Source: an uncultured Gemmataceae bacterium
GTDB lineage: Bacteria; Planctomycetota; Planctomycetia; Gemmatales; Gemmataceae
Direction of reading: 5' to 3'
DNA length: 64,000 nucleotides
Assembly: GCA_963750165.1 (NCBI GenBank)
Contig: CAVVPN010000011.1
Coordinates: forward strand, 1,536,001-1,600,000
The translations under genes were made by a program, and so were the position numbers. Below the pieces are notes generated by a model, which was not told the origin of the DNA, ran no database searches, and was given only the letters and a program-made list of their open reading frames with translations. Numbering within the stretch: the stretch's first letter is position 1; each line of letters begins with the position of its first letter. Positions 19,067 to 28,735 of the stretch are shown in pieces.

Positions 19067-19817
19067 TGCTCGCCGTCCTCCGGGATGCTCAGGACGGCGC
19101 TGCGCCGGTGGGGGCGGCCGCGCCGGGCACGTCGTCCCCTTTTCGCCCCACGGTGCCGTACAGTTTTGTGATGCGTGACGGGTTGTAGACGGTGCGGTCG
19201 ATCTTCACGGCGTCGGTGTCAAACTGGTCCGCCAGGCGGTTCAGGAACCGCTCCACCAGGCCGACGTCGTCGGCCGGCAGGTCGCCGGGGTAGAGCAGGT
19301 GGTAGCCGTTGGCGCTGTCCGCGACGATTGGTTTTGGCCACTCCTCGTCCGTCAGGTGCTCCCGGACGCGCTGGGCGACCTTCCACGCCTCGGCCTTCTC
19401 GGCATCCGTGCTGGGGATGCCGGCGATACGCTTCGGGTCGGCGTCGATGAGCAGCCAGCGCCGCCGCCGGACGTGCTGGTCGTTGGTCAGTTTGCCGGTT
19501 TCAGCCCAGTCCACGCGGTTGCACCGCCGGCAGATGATGTCCGGGAGCAGCGGGTTGAGGGTGTAGTAGACCCCGACGGCGTACCGCTCGATCTCCAGGG
19601 CGGTTTGGGCCATCAAGTCGAAGTGGTCGTAATCGAAGTAGCCCGACTCGATGTGGGGCCGCTCCTGCGTTCGACGGCGCACGTCCACCGCCCGCAGTTC
19701 GACCACGTCACCGGGCTCGAAGAGGACGCGCAGCCAACCGGCAATCCGGGCGGCGCTGATGACGCCGGGTTTGCCCACGCCATTGGCGTGGACGCCGCTG
19801 ACGGTGGCCGTGCTCAT
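19063..19817 (-). CDS. AEP-superfamily primase/polymerase (frameshift near 19120)
   Basis: WLLIDADP, DSANGYHL and KIDRTVYNPSRI motifs. Alternate frame continues GRPHRRSAVLSIPEDGEQ to a TGA overlapping the helicase GTG. Confidence 0.75.
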
Positions 19818-21307
19818 GTGCCCCCCCGCTGCGCGCGCGCCGTCCGGACGATGTCCGCCAGGGCGTCGTCCCAGGGCTTATCTGTACCTTCGACGGCCCG
19901 GGCGACCTCCGCCGCCAGGTCCGGCGGTGCCGGCGGTGCCGGTCTGGCGCTGACCCGCGCCACCGCCTCGTCCACCGCCTTCTGGATCTCCGCCGCAGCC
20001 CAGGCGCAGCGGTAGGCTGCCTCCAGGGTCTCCCCGTTGGGGACCACTTTCGCCACGCCTACCTCCCTGAACTTGTGCTCGATGAATTCGATCAGCCGGG
20101 GGGACGAGAAGGCGTTCAGTTCGACGCGCCGGCCCGACCAGCGGCCGCCGGTGGTCCGGTCCCCCACCAGGAAGCAGCACTCCTCCTCGGTTGCGCCCGC
20201 GGCACGGAGCGCCACCCGGGGGTTTCGATTCGCATTCCGGTAGTCCACCGGCTCCGCCAGGGGCAGTAGGCCCCACTCCCGGGCGTCCTCCAGGCGGAGC
20301 CCGAGGTCGATGACGTTGGGCTGCGCGGAACCGGTAGCGGGGCGAGTCGGTGCGGAGGGTGTGGGTGATGCTGAAGCCCGACTTGTCGAAGTCCCGCAGT
20401 ACCAGCACCGTCACGCCCAGGGCGGACAACTCATCCACCAGTGCGCGGGCGGCCGTCACGCTCATGCCCTTGGTGGACATGACGGCCACGCCGTGGCGGT
20501 CGGCAAGCTTGTGCCGCTCCAGCAGCGGGTAGAAGCCCTCCTTCTCCACGAACAGGGCGAAGCGGTAGCGGTTCGCCGGCCCGTCGGCGCCGACGGCGAC
20601 CACTTCCGCCACGACGAGTCGGACGGTGGGATGCGCAGCGGCCCCTCCGCTGACTCCAAGTCAAAGGCCGCCTGGGGGTTAAACGTGGCGTAGGCGTCCA
20701 GGAGCCGGGCGGTGTTGTAAAAATCGTGACCCTCGGAGCCATCGAGCAAAGCTATCCCCGGCCAGTGCATCCGCACCGAGGTGCCAGTTTTTACAAGATC
20801 ATCAGCGGGGGACCGCTGGTGCTGCAGTTGCGGCACCTGCGCGATCCGGTCCAGGGTCACGTCGATGACGTGTCGTTCACCCCGTGCGACGACCTCCACC
20901 CTGCCCTGCTCGCCGTCGGTGACGTAGGCCGCAGCCCAGACGCACTTGAGGGCGTTGCCGAGTTGCCCCCGGGACGGGCTGACGTAGTGGGCCTTGTCCG
21001 AGATGCGGACGGAGTAGTCGAGGGACCGCTCCAGCACCGCCGGCGGCAGGCCGGGGCCGCGGTCCGCGATGGTCACGGCGTCCGGTTCCACCTCGACGCG
21101 GACGGCGGGCGGCAGCCCCGCGCCCTCGCAGGCGTCCAGGGCGTTGTCGATCAACTCCCGCACCAGGGCCAGCGGCCACAGGTGCGGCGGGTGGCCGATC
21201 TGAATGGTGAGTTCCTTCTGCGTGAAGAACTCCAACAGCCGGCTGGTGGTGAACTGGGTGCGGTCGAGGTGTGCGGCCGCCCTGCCGTTGGCGGTGACGG
21301 TGTTCAT
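19814..21307 (-). pseudogene. Topoisomerase VI-like GHKL ATPase + Toprim gene, frameshifted and probably internally deleted
   Basis: RELIDNALDA, IADRGPG and SRGQLGNA (Bergerat fold), then in other frames FVEKEG, STKG, LRDFDKSG and RVELNA (Topo VI-A/JetD-type Toprim). Confidence 0.7.
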
Positions 21308-21512
21308 GTCCGCGCCCTCATGCCTTTCGGGGCGGGCGCCGTCACGCCAGCGTGCCGACCGGCGCCTGAACACCGGACTTGTTCACCGCACAGCACGCGC
21401 TCCAGCCACTGCCGGACGGCAGGGCCGACGGCCTCAGCCTGTCTGGTGGCGCGTTCAAGCGGGGTGGGCGTTCCTATCCCGTTCATCGCATCCGCAGTTT
21501 CTGGCGGCGTCT

Positions 21513-21716
21513 TCAATTGCCACCCCCTTTGCGACGGCTGTCACGTTCCATCAGCGCGGACTGGATGCGCGGCAACAATTCCGCTGGAATCAGGCGGCGC
21601 CCGCCGACAATGGGGCACTCGGCGTCCGGGATGTCCCGGTGGTAGAACAGGTCCGAAATATCGCGGGGGCGGCGATCCAATTTCCTTGCCACCTCGCTGA
21701 CCGTGAAATGATTCAT
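21513..21716 (-). CDS. small MerR/excisionase-like DNA-binding protein
   Basis: MNHFTVSEVARKL...CPIVGGRRLIP; homologous to 28139-28372. Confidence 0.7.
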   Translation of the reverse strand: MNHFTVSEVARKLDRRPRDISDLFYHRDIPDAECPIVGGRRLIPAELLPRIQSALMERDSRRKGGGN

Positions 21717-21973
21717 GCGTGCCTCGTTCTGCGTCCCATGAGGATGACGCTCATCCTCATTCCGGACTGATGCTACACTCGTGGTGCGTCCGGGCGGCGT
21801 CGTCCGTTGTGCGTCTGGCGTGATCGGGGGCAACTTATCTGTACCGGAAGGCCGCTGGGCAGACACTCGGGTGGTTGTCTATTAGCGTGGCGGTGCTCAC
21901 GGCGTCAACCAGTTGCTTTCCCGGTAGCGGTTCACCCGTCGCGAGGGTGTTTGCACAACGGTCTGGCTCAGGC

Positions 21974-22306
21974 TCAGATGCCGATCTCTTCCAACTTCTC
22001 GGCGGCGCGCTCGCTGGCCCGCTGGCGTTTACCCGGCGTCCGCGGCAGGGCCCTGGCGGGGGCGGAATCCCCCAGCCAGCCGGATTGGCGTTCGGCGAAG
22101 CGCTGCAGGGCCTGCTCGCTGGTCAGCAGCCGGCCGCCCACCTTGACCGTTTCCAGTTTGACGACGCCTTGAGGTGTCTTGACGCCCTTGAGCGCCCAGC
22201 GCCAGACGGCGCTGAAAGTCAGTGGTTTGCCCGAACGGCCGGGGGGAAGGCGGGAAGGGACTTCGCCAAGGGGGATGATCGTCTCGGAAGCCAGGTCGAT
22301 TGGCAT
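21974..22306 (-). CDS. DUF1580 domain protein (HTH, excisionase-like)
   Basis: VWRWALKGV...KLETVKVGGRLLTSEQALQRF. Confidence 0.85.
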   Translation of the reverse strand: MPIDLASETIIPLGEVPSRLPPGRSGKPLTFSAVWRWALKGVKTPQGVVKLETVKVGGRLLTSEQALQRFAERQSGWLGDSAPARALPRTPGKRQRASERAAEKLEEIGI

Positions 22307-22465
22307 TGCGGAAACCCTCGCATCCAGGTGCCAGCACTAGCAACTGAGTTTGAGGATAAACCACAAGCGCGTCCGGGAGATTTTCCGTGCAACGAGTGTG
22401 CAATGAGATGAAGAGCAGTGGGGGGCAACTGGCGGTAACTGGCGGTAACGGGGCTTAAAAAAATA

Positions 22466-23119
22466 TCAAACCCGCGTGATGACTTGCAGCGCCTTGCTAA
22501 TCAAAGTCAGGGGTGTGCGGGCGAATTTTCTGACCAGTATTCTGGCCCTTATCAGGTTCTGGACCGTCTGCACGAGAGGTTCGATCACCTGGCCGAGGAA
22601 CTCATCGAGCAGCGCGGCGGAGTGCGGCCCGTGCTGAGTTCGTTGCCAACTGTTCGTCATTGCCTGCTTCTTGCGCGTCAGGAGATTCCTGGCCGCTTCC
22701 TCGGTGCCCTGGAGTTCTTCGACCTCCCAAGCCGAAAAGCCGCCCCGGTTGTTGCCCGGGTCGAAGGCCAACGGGGCATTGGCGGCGGCTAACTTATCAA
22801 TCGCCTTCTCGATCTCCTGCCAGGCGGGCCACTCAGTAGCGAGTAGGGCCTCGTTCAGAAGCCGCAACACGACGTGCTGGCGGAACACCCGGAAATTGTT
22901 TTGCCTGCTCCCCCTGGCAATGCAGCGGTCCCGGCGGATCAACCGCGAAGCCTGGGAGGTGCTCTTTCCCCAGGCCAGGGCTACTTCCTCCAGGGTCAGC
23001 CACCAGACCGGGGCGGCGTAGCATTCCTGGAGCAGCTCGGTAAGCACCTGGTGTTTCTGATCGGGGTCGAGGGATCGGCAAACCTTCAGGGCCATCCGCA
23101 CGGTTGGACGTTGAGGCAT
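22466..23119 (-). CDS. hypothetical protein with possible HTH
   Basis: WLTLEEVALAWGKSTSQASRLI; lies downstream of the integrase. Confidence 0.55.
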   Translation of the reverse strand: MPQRPTVRMALKVCRSLDPDQKHQVLTELLQECYAAPVWWLTLEEVALAWGKSTSQASRLIRRDRCIARGSRQNNFRVFRQHVVLRLLNEALLATEWPAWQEIEKAIDKLAAANAPLAFDPGNNRGGFSAWEVEELQGTEEAARNLLTRKKQAMTNSWQRTQHGPHSAALLDEFLGQVIEPLVQTVQNLIRARILVRKFARTPLTLISKALQVITRV

Positions 23120-23265
23120 GTTCTGACTCCGCTGCGGGAAGTGCCTGCCCCCTTGCCGTGGGGAGTCAGCGCCACGGCGAAGGGGGCAAGCCAGCCGTTC
23201 CCAGCAACCATTCTCCCCGGCCAAATGAGAGGAGGCAAGCCCCACAGGGGGCTTGCCTCGACGTA

Positions 23266-24588
23266 TCACCCAAGCCGGCCCATCACCTCGGCGGCCTTAC
23301 CGGCGTCCAGTTCGGCGTAAGTCTCGGTGATCGCCGGCGAGCGGTGGCCGAGCACTGCACGGGCCACGTCGATGCCGAATTCCCGGCGCAGTTCCGTGGC
23401 CCGGGTGTGCCGCAACTGGTGCGGGTGCCAGTGGTGTTCCTTGTGCCAGCGCCGCACTTCCGCGTGTTGCTCCGGGGTCAGACGGGTCTGCCATTCTTTG
23501 CGGCTCTCGTCTTCTCGATGCGCCAAGTCGCCTGGGGGTGAGAATGCTCGGCGGCAGGCGGTTGCGATGGCATGGGCGAAGCTACTGGTGTGGTAGCGCT
23601 CTCCCGGGGCTTTCCGGGGGTTCCGCTTCCGCTGCCTCGCCTTCTGGCTCGGCGTCATCGGGGTTTTCCGCTCCTGGCGGCGGCGGGAGTTGATTTCTTC
23701 CAACGCCCGCCGCGGCGAGAACAGGTACGCCTGCGTGTCCAGAGTCAGGAACGGCCGTAGCACTTCCTGCGCCTTGGGGCCGACGGCGATGACGCGCTGG
23801 TGTCCGTGGTGGGCCGTCTTGTGCAACTGCGGCCGGTAAAGCCAGACAGCGCCGCTCATGTCGAGGTCACAGGAGCGCAGGACACACACCTCGCCGGGCC
23901 GGGCGCCGGTCAGCAGCTGCACGCGCACCATCGCGGCGACGTGACGGTTGAGGTGCGGCAGGGTTTGCTCGACGAGGTCCACGCCCACGGGTTTGACCGG
24001 CTCGGTTTCCCGGGCCGCGGTCCTGCCGCGCTGCAGTCCGCGCACCGCTTGCAGCCCGTGGAAGACGGCAGGCGCCACCAGTTCGTTTTCGACCGCCCAC
24101 TTGAACACCCGCCGGATGCGGCCGATGCGCTGGTTGACCACCCCCCGGGCCAGGCTTCCTTCGGGTCCGTACTTGGGGTGCTCGTATCCGTCCACCATGA
24201 GTTGTCGGATCGCCTTCAGCCCGAGGGGGCCGAAGTCGCGGGCCAGGGTATGGCCGTGGAGGTGCTTGAGCGGGCGCAGGGCGCGGCGGTATTCCTTCAA
24301 CTCGCTGGTGGTTGTGCCGTCGGGCCGGCGGTAGTGCTGCTCGGCGTGCTTCCAGAAAGCCGCCGCCAGTTCGTTCACCGTCAGGTCCGCGCTAGCCGCA
24401 GCTTTCTCAAAGATGCGGCGGCTGTTGGCCTCCCACTCCGCCAGAACGCGGACGTATTGGGCGCGGCTCTCCTTGGTGCCGTGCTTGCCCAGCAGAACGT
24501 CGCGCCGGCCGCGCATCGGGTCGGTCAGGGTGACGACGGCCTGGCCGCTTTGTTTGTGGAGTCGGTACGAAGGGATGCGGTTGGACAT
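23266..24588 (-). CDS. tyrosine recombinase/integrase (element 1)
   Basis: TGARPGE, HKT, HQLRH, LGH and TETY catalytic residues; next to att. Confidence 0.95.
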   Translation of the reverse strand: MSNRIPSYRLHKQSGQAVVTLTDPMRGRRDVLLGKHGTKESRAQYVRVLAEWEANSRRIFEKAAASADLTVNELAAAFWKHAEQHYRRPDGTTTSELKEYRRALRPLKHLHGHTLARDFGPLGLKAIRQLMVDGYEHPKYGPEGSLARGVVNQRIGRIRRVFKWAVENELVAPAVFHGLQAVRGLQRGRTAARETEPVKPVGVDLVEQTLPHLNRHVAAMVRVQLLTGARPGEVCVLRSCDLDMSGAVWLYRPQLHKTAHHGHQRVIAVGPKAQEVLRPFLTLDTQAYLFSPRRALEEINSRRRQERKTPMTPSQKARQRKRNPRKAPGERYHTSSFAHAIATACRRAFSPPGDLAHREDESRKEWQTRLTPEQHAEVRRWHKEHHWHPHQLRHTRATELRREFGIDVARAVLGHRSPAITETYAELDAGKAAEVMGRLG

Positions 24589-24696
24589 GCGGTGAAACCC
24601 TTTCTGCGGAAGTCTTCCGCAAATCCAAGGGTCGCGTGCCGCACTGTCCGACGCGGACAGGTATGCTTAACTTACATTCGGCAAAGGACTTGTTTC

Positions 24697-24742
24697 AGTG
24701 CCCCCTGTAGGACTCGAACCTACAACCCGCTGATTAAGAGTC
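24697..24742 (-). repeat. att site: 46-bp duplication of the tRNA-Lys 3' half
   Basis: AGTGCCCCCTGTAGGACTCGAACCTACAACCCGCTGATTAAGAGTC is identical to 42690-42735. Confidence 0.97.
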
Positions 24743-25122
24743 TTGGGAGGGGGCTATTACGGGCTACGCCGCACGGCGAGCAGGCGCTGAAAACCCAGGT
24801 AATTACCTGGGTTTTCGCGTTTCCGGATCGGGCCGGGTAGCGTGGCATCGTCCTGGGTAATGAGGGACTGATGAGGGACGGGATCAATAATCCTTGGCGA
24901 TCTCACCCAGGCGCTGCAGTCGCTCCTTGATGTACGCATCTAGTTTGAGGTGCCCTTGCGGGGCGCCGGGGTTATTCATCACGGCCTCTACGTCGTCTTA
25001 GGGGGTGTGTAACCGTCCAAAACCCCAGCCTTCCCAGGGGACACGTGTTCGGATGTGTAGCGGGCCTTGCCTGAAAATACGTCCACCAAGCCGTGTTCTG
25101 TTTCTTTTCGGGCGATTTCGTT

Positions 25123-25734
25123 TCATTTGCCATCGCGACTTTGTTGCACGGGCACCTTGGCCGGGAACTCGAACACGAGTTGAAGAAGCATCTCGATGAA
25201 GGTCAGAAGGCTTTCAGCGTCCGCCCGGGTCATGAGTAGAATTTCATGGTTGGCTTCGTTGCCTTTGTTCCGGATGTGGTCAACCCACGCTCGGCCGGTC
25301 GGCGGGACAAAGCCGGCGGTTTGCAGATGATTGACGTAGGCGATGAAATTGCTGCCCTCTGCCGCCCCTTGGCTGACGGCGATGTGCATGAGCAGCTTTC
25401 GGCAAGCCAGAACTGACGCCGTGAAGGCGTTGACCCCCATGCAGTTGCGGGCCTCCGCGTACAGACTGCTCACTTCGGTGGGAAGGCCGCCGATTTCTCG
25501 ACCATATTTCGGGCCGGGCACCTGTGCCTTCGTGGCTTCATTGAGGTAGGTAGGCTTCTCACAAGACGGACAGATCACGATGACTTCGTTGACCAAGTCC
25601 AGGTCCATGCGCGCCTCGCTTTCCGGCGGCAGCTTCGGCCAGCCCATGTTGACACCGACTCGATCGCCGCAGTGGCCGCAGGCGAAGCTCCGTTGGCGAA
25701 TCAGGTGAATGTTGAACCACTGGATGACAGCCAT
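25123..25734 (-). CDS. DUF4145 (HEPN-like) protein with N-terminal zinc ribbon
   Basis: CGHC...CPSC; SLYAEARNC...ASVLACRKLL...IRNKGNEANH. Confidence 0.85.
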   Translation of the reverse strand: MAVIQWFNIHLIRQRSFACGHCGDRVGVNMGWPKLPPESEARMDLDLVNEVIVICPSCEKPTYLNEATKAQVPGPKYGREIGGLPTEVSSLYAEARNCMGVNAFTASVLACRKLLMHIAVSQGAAEGSNFIAYVNHLQTAGFVPPTGRAWVDHIRNKGNEANHEILLMTRADAESLLTFIEMLLQLVFEFPAKVPVQQSRDGK

Positions 25735-25995
25735 TTTCGTTTCGCCGATCTTGTTTCGTGGAAAACCATCAACAGCCATTATACTCGACCCCGGCTGCGC
25801 GCCAGCCTCGTCACCCCGGCCGCCGGAACGCCAGCACGTCGCACGGCCCTTCCGCCGGCATCTTCGGCCGGTTGACCTTGACCCCATAAACAAAGAATGC
25901 GAAAGGGATAGGCAGAGGCTGGGTACTTTCCGCTTCGTTGGCGACTTGGGCGTATGAACTGAACCGAGCCGTTCCACCCTCAAGGACGAGAACGC

Positions 25996-26553
25996 ATGGC
26001 TACACGCCGCCCCCGACGCCCAACCTCAAACCGCCTGCGCGCCACCGCCTCGCTACTGCCGCCGGCGCCAGACGGGTACGTCACCCAGGAACAGCACGAC
26101 CACGTGGTCGGGCAATTGGTCCGGCGGCTTGAACAGTTGGTGCAGCGGATGGCGGCATTGGAGGCGGCGCCGGCGCTGCCGCAAGCATCACCGCCCGAGG
26201 TTGCCCCAGGGCATGACGCGCCGCCGCCCGACTGGAGCACTGTGCCGGAGTGGGCCAGCGCCGACTTTCGGACGGTGCGCTGGTACGGGAAATGGCACAA
26301 CTTTTCGCCAACCCAGGCGGCGGTCGTAAAAAAACTCTGGGAGGCCAGGAAGGACGGCTCGAATTACGTGAAGGATGAGGACCTCATCTCTGCTGCCGAC
26401 TCACACGCGGCACGGCTCCGCGACATATTCAGGCCCAACAACGGCTACCACCCCGCCTGGAAGACGATGATAGTCCGGGACAGGACACCCAAGGGGTACT
26501 ACCGACTCCAGGGGCCGCCCCTCACGCAGCCCGTTAGCCAGCCGTCGAGCTAA
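25996..26553 (+). CDS. hypothetical protein with C-terminal winged-helix-like domain
   Basis: FSPTQAAVVKKLWEA...RLRDIF...KGYYRL; plausible codon usage. Confidence 0.65.
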   Translation: MATRRPRRPTSNRLRATASLLPPAPDGYVTQEQHDHVVGQLVRRLEQLVQRMAALEAAPALPQASPPEVAPGHDAPPPDWSTVPEWASADFRTVRWYGKWHNFSPTQAAVVKKLWEARKDGSNYVKDEDLISAADSHAARLRDIFRPNNGYHPAWKTMIVRDRTPKGYYRLQGPPLTQPVSQPSS

Positions 26554-26838
26554 CGAATCCAGTCCACCGAAAACACCCCCGTCGGCAACTCATCGAGCGC
26601 AACCGCTGTTCCGATAGAGATGGGTAGACTCCGCTGACGTACTACCACACTGGTTCGGCGGCCCGAGCATTTGCGAGGTCCGGGCCGAGAGCCAGCGTGG
26701 CAGCCGTCAGCGGCAACCAAACCAACTCAGGACGGTGTTGCGCCCCGAGTCGGGTGTGGGCACATACCCACGCGCCCCCTGTCTCGGCAAGACCAGTACG
26801 CGCGCCGCCTGGGAAAGCAACGTCCACCGGAGCGCGCC

Positions 26839-27165
26839 ATGGACAGCCCGAACGCCGTCGCCTTGACCATCCCGCCAGAGGCTCTCACCCCCGTCATCGA
26901 GCAGACCGTCGCCGCCGTGCTGGCCCAACTCCGCGATGACGGCGAACTGCTGCCGGCTGGCCCGCTCGCCTGGCCCGAGGCGCAGGCGGCCGCGATGCTG
27001 TCCCTGGCGCCGCACCAATTGAGAGACCTGCGCCTGCGCGAGGAGATCATGGCCTCCTGCGGCCCCGGCCGAAAAATCCTCTACTCCAGAAGCGACTTGC
27101 TCAACTTCCTGGCGGCGCGGCGCTGGTCCCCGAGCGAAGAGCGCCGCGCGAAGAACAGGAAGTGA
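26839..27165 (+). CDS. excisionase-like HTH protein
   Basis: WPEAQAAAMLSLAPHQLRDLR...GRKILYSRSDLLNFL. Confidence 0.7.
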   Translation: MDSPNAVALTIPPEALTPVIEQTVAAVLAQLRDDGELLPAGPLAWPEAQAAAMLSLAPHQLRDLRLREEIMASCGPGRKILYSRSDLLNFLAARRWSPSEERRAKNRK

Positions 27166-27266
27166 TCCACAATCACCAACCCAGGGCCGGCCGCCCCGCG
27201 CTCGCTGTGCGCGCCAACTTGGGTGCCAACCCCGTTCGCCCGAACTTGTGAAGAAGGAGAAAGCTA

Positions 27267-27725
27267 ATGAAGAGGTTCGACCACAACATGGTGTCCGACG
27301 ACGTGGTGGTCCGCCTGCGGCACTCCCAAAGCCGCATGCGACCAAGCCCGCCGGAGAACCCCAGGCACGCCGGTCGCTTTTGGGCCTGCGAAACGGCGAC
27401 GGCCAAGCAGTTAACGGCGCTGAAGAGCTACTCCCTCGCTGTCGCCAATGGTCACATCCCGCTGTTCGACGGGGAGATGACGCTCGGGGCCGTGTTCGCG
27501 GAACTGATCGGCGTGCCGAAGTTACAGGACGAGCCTGAAGGGTACGAGGTCTCCAGGTTCTGGACGCAGGTTGTTCACCACTGGCTGGAAAACGAGGACA
27601 AGGCGGCGGCGGTGCGGGCGTTCCTGATCGGCGCGCTCGAAATCTGGAAGGCGGCTGAAGAGCGCATCCTGTGCGAGGACTGGAACCAGTTGGAGTCGGC
27701 CTTCTGCGACAGCGAGGCGGCCTGA
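27267..27725 (+). CDS. hypothetical protein
   Basis: 152-aa ORF with AGGAG RBS. Confidence 0.7.
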   Translation: MKRFDHNMVSDDVVVRLRHSQSRMRPSPPENPRHAGRFWACETATAKQLTALKSYSLAVANGHIPLFDGEMTLGAVFAELIGVPKLQDEPEGYEVSRFWTQVVHHWLENEDKAAAVRAFLIGALEIWKAAEERILCEDWNQLESAFCDSEAA

Positions 27726-28138
27726 CCCATCGACTCGGGAACGCGCCGGTGGCCCGATGCAGTATCAAATTGGGTCGCCCGCCAGAAGCACGCCGTCGCA
27801 CGCCCTCGGGGGCGTGTCTCTGGTCGCCCCCGCCGTACAAGGCAGTTGCCGCCACAACTTACCAATCACTACGACGCGCCGGCGTGGAGTCTCCGCTCAC
27901 GGATCGCCCTGCCGCCACCTTGTGTCGTCGCCGCGCACCGCCTGGAATCGTCTTCCGGTCGATCGTTGAAAATCCGCGCTGCGAGGTCCGGTAGTGCGGG
28001 CGAAACAACGACCCGGGGGCGGTCCGCGGCGTGCCGAAGGCGGTGGCGGCGGGCTGCATCTGCGACTGCTGTTGTGCTGGAGTTGTAGGCCGTACCGTGG
28101 TCGTCGTCGTTGAAGTCCACGAGGCAGAGGTGTTTGCC

Positions 28139-28372
28139 ATGACACAGACGCACCGCACAGTCGGGGAATTGGCCAGGGAGTGGAACTGCCCGCCGCGCGA
28201 ATTGACCGGCTTGCTCTATGACCGATCCGACCTGGGAAGTGAATGCCCGGTGGTTGCCGGCCGGCGGATGATCCCCGTCGGCCTGGTGCCGCGAATTCTG
28301 CAGGCGCTGGGCGAGCGTGTCGCCCGGCGCAGAGGCCGCAAGCCTACGCGACGGACGGGGACCGCCAGCTGA
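28139..28372 (+). CDS. small DNA-binding protein, homolog of 21513-21716
   Basis: RTVGELAREW...ECPVVAGRRMIP. Confidence 0.7.
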   Translation: MTQTHRTVGELAREWNCPPRELTGLLYDRSDLGSECPVVAGRRMIPVGLVPRILQALGERVARRRGRKPTRRTGTAS

Positions 28373-28438
28373 AAAGGAACGGGGCTTGGTCTCTGGCAAG
28401 ACCAGCCCCTGAAGCACAACATTCCGGACAATTCAACT

Positions 28439-28735
28439 ATGAAAATACCCCTTGCGGCGCCTTACTCCAAGCCCACCCACCCCTCGGCCGCTACCTTGGC
28501 TACCCTCATGCGCCTGCGCAATCCTTACGTCCACAAAGTACGACATCCGGGCGACCCCCAGGCCCTGGGCCCTCGGGTGCTGGTAGTGCCGGCCATTGCC
28601 GGCGAACTGCACGACCTGCCAGCTGCCGAACTCTGGCCGGTCCTGGCGCTATCGGTGCGCTGGGTGATTGGCGCGCCCGTCGGCAGCGACGCGGCGGTCT
28701 CGTGCGGTCTGGAGCAGGAGGGCGCATGCGGATGA
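28439..28735 (+). CDS. hypothetical protein
   Basis: 98-aa ORF whose stop overlaps the primase ATG (ATGA). Confidence 0.45.
   Translation: MKIPLAAPYSKPTHPSAATLATLMRLRNPYVHKVRHPGDPQALGPRVLVVPAIAGELHDLPAAELWPVLALSVRWVIGAPVGSDAAVSCGLEQEGACG

Larger units (their letters stand above)
1..24742. mobile_element. Integrative element 1 (phage-satellite/IME-like), probably carrying DISARM; left end outside the window
   Basis: Integrase abuts the duplicated tRNA 3' end, followed by replication genes and then the defence cargo. No second att copy seen to the left. Confidence 0.7.

Noticed and set aside
19814..20612. Wadjet system suggested by the JetD-like Toprim
   Set aside because: No jetABC/SMC genes; the Toprim is linked to a GHKL ATPase in a replication operon.
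24697..24742. Second tRNA-Lys gene
   Set aside because: Only the 3' half is present, with no D-arm or 5' acceptor strand; it is an att site.
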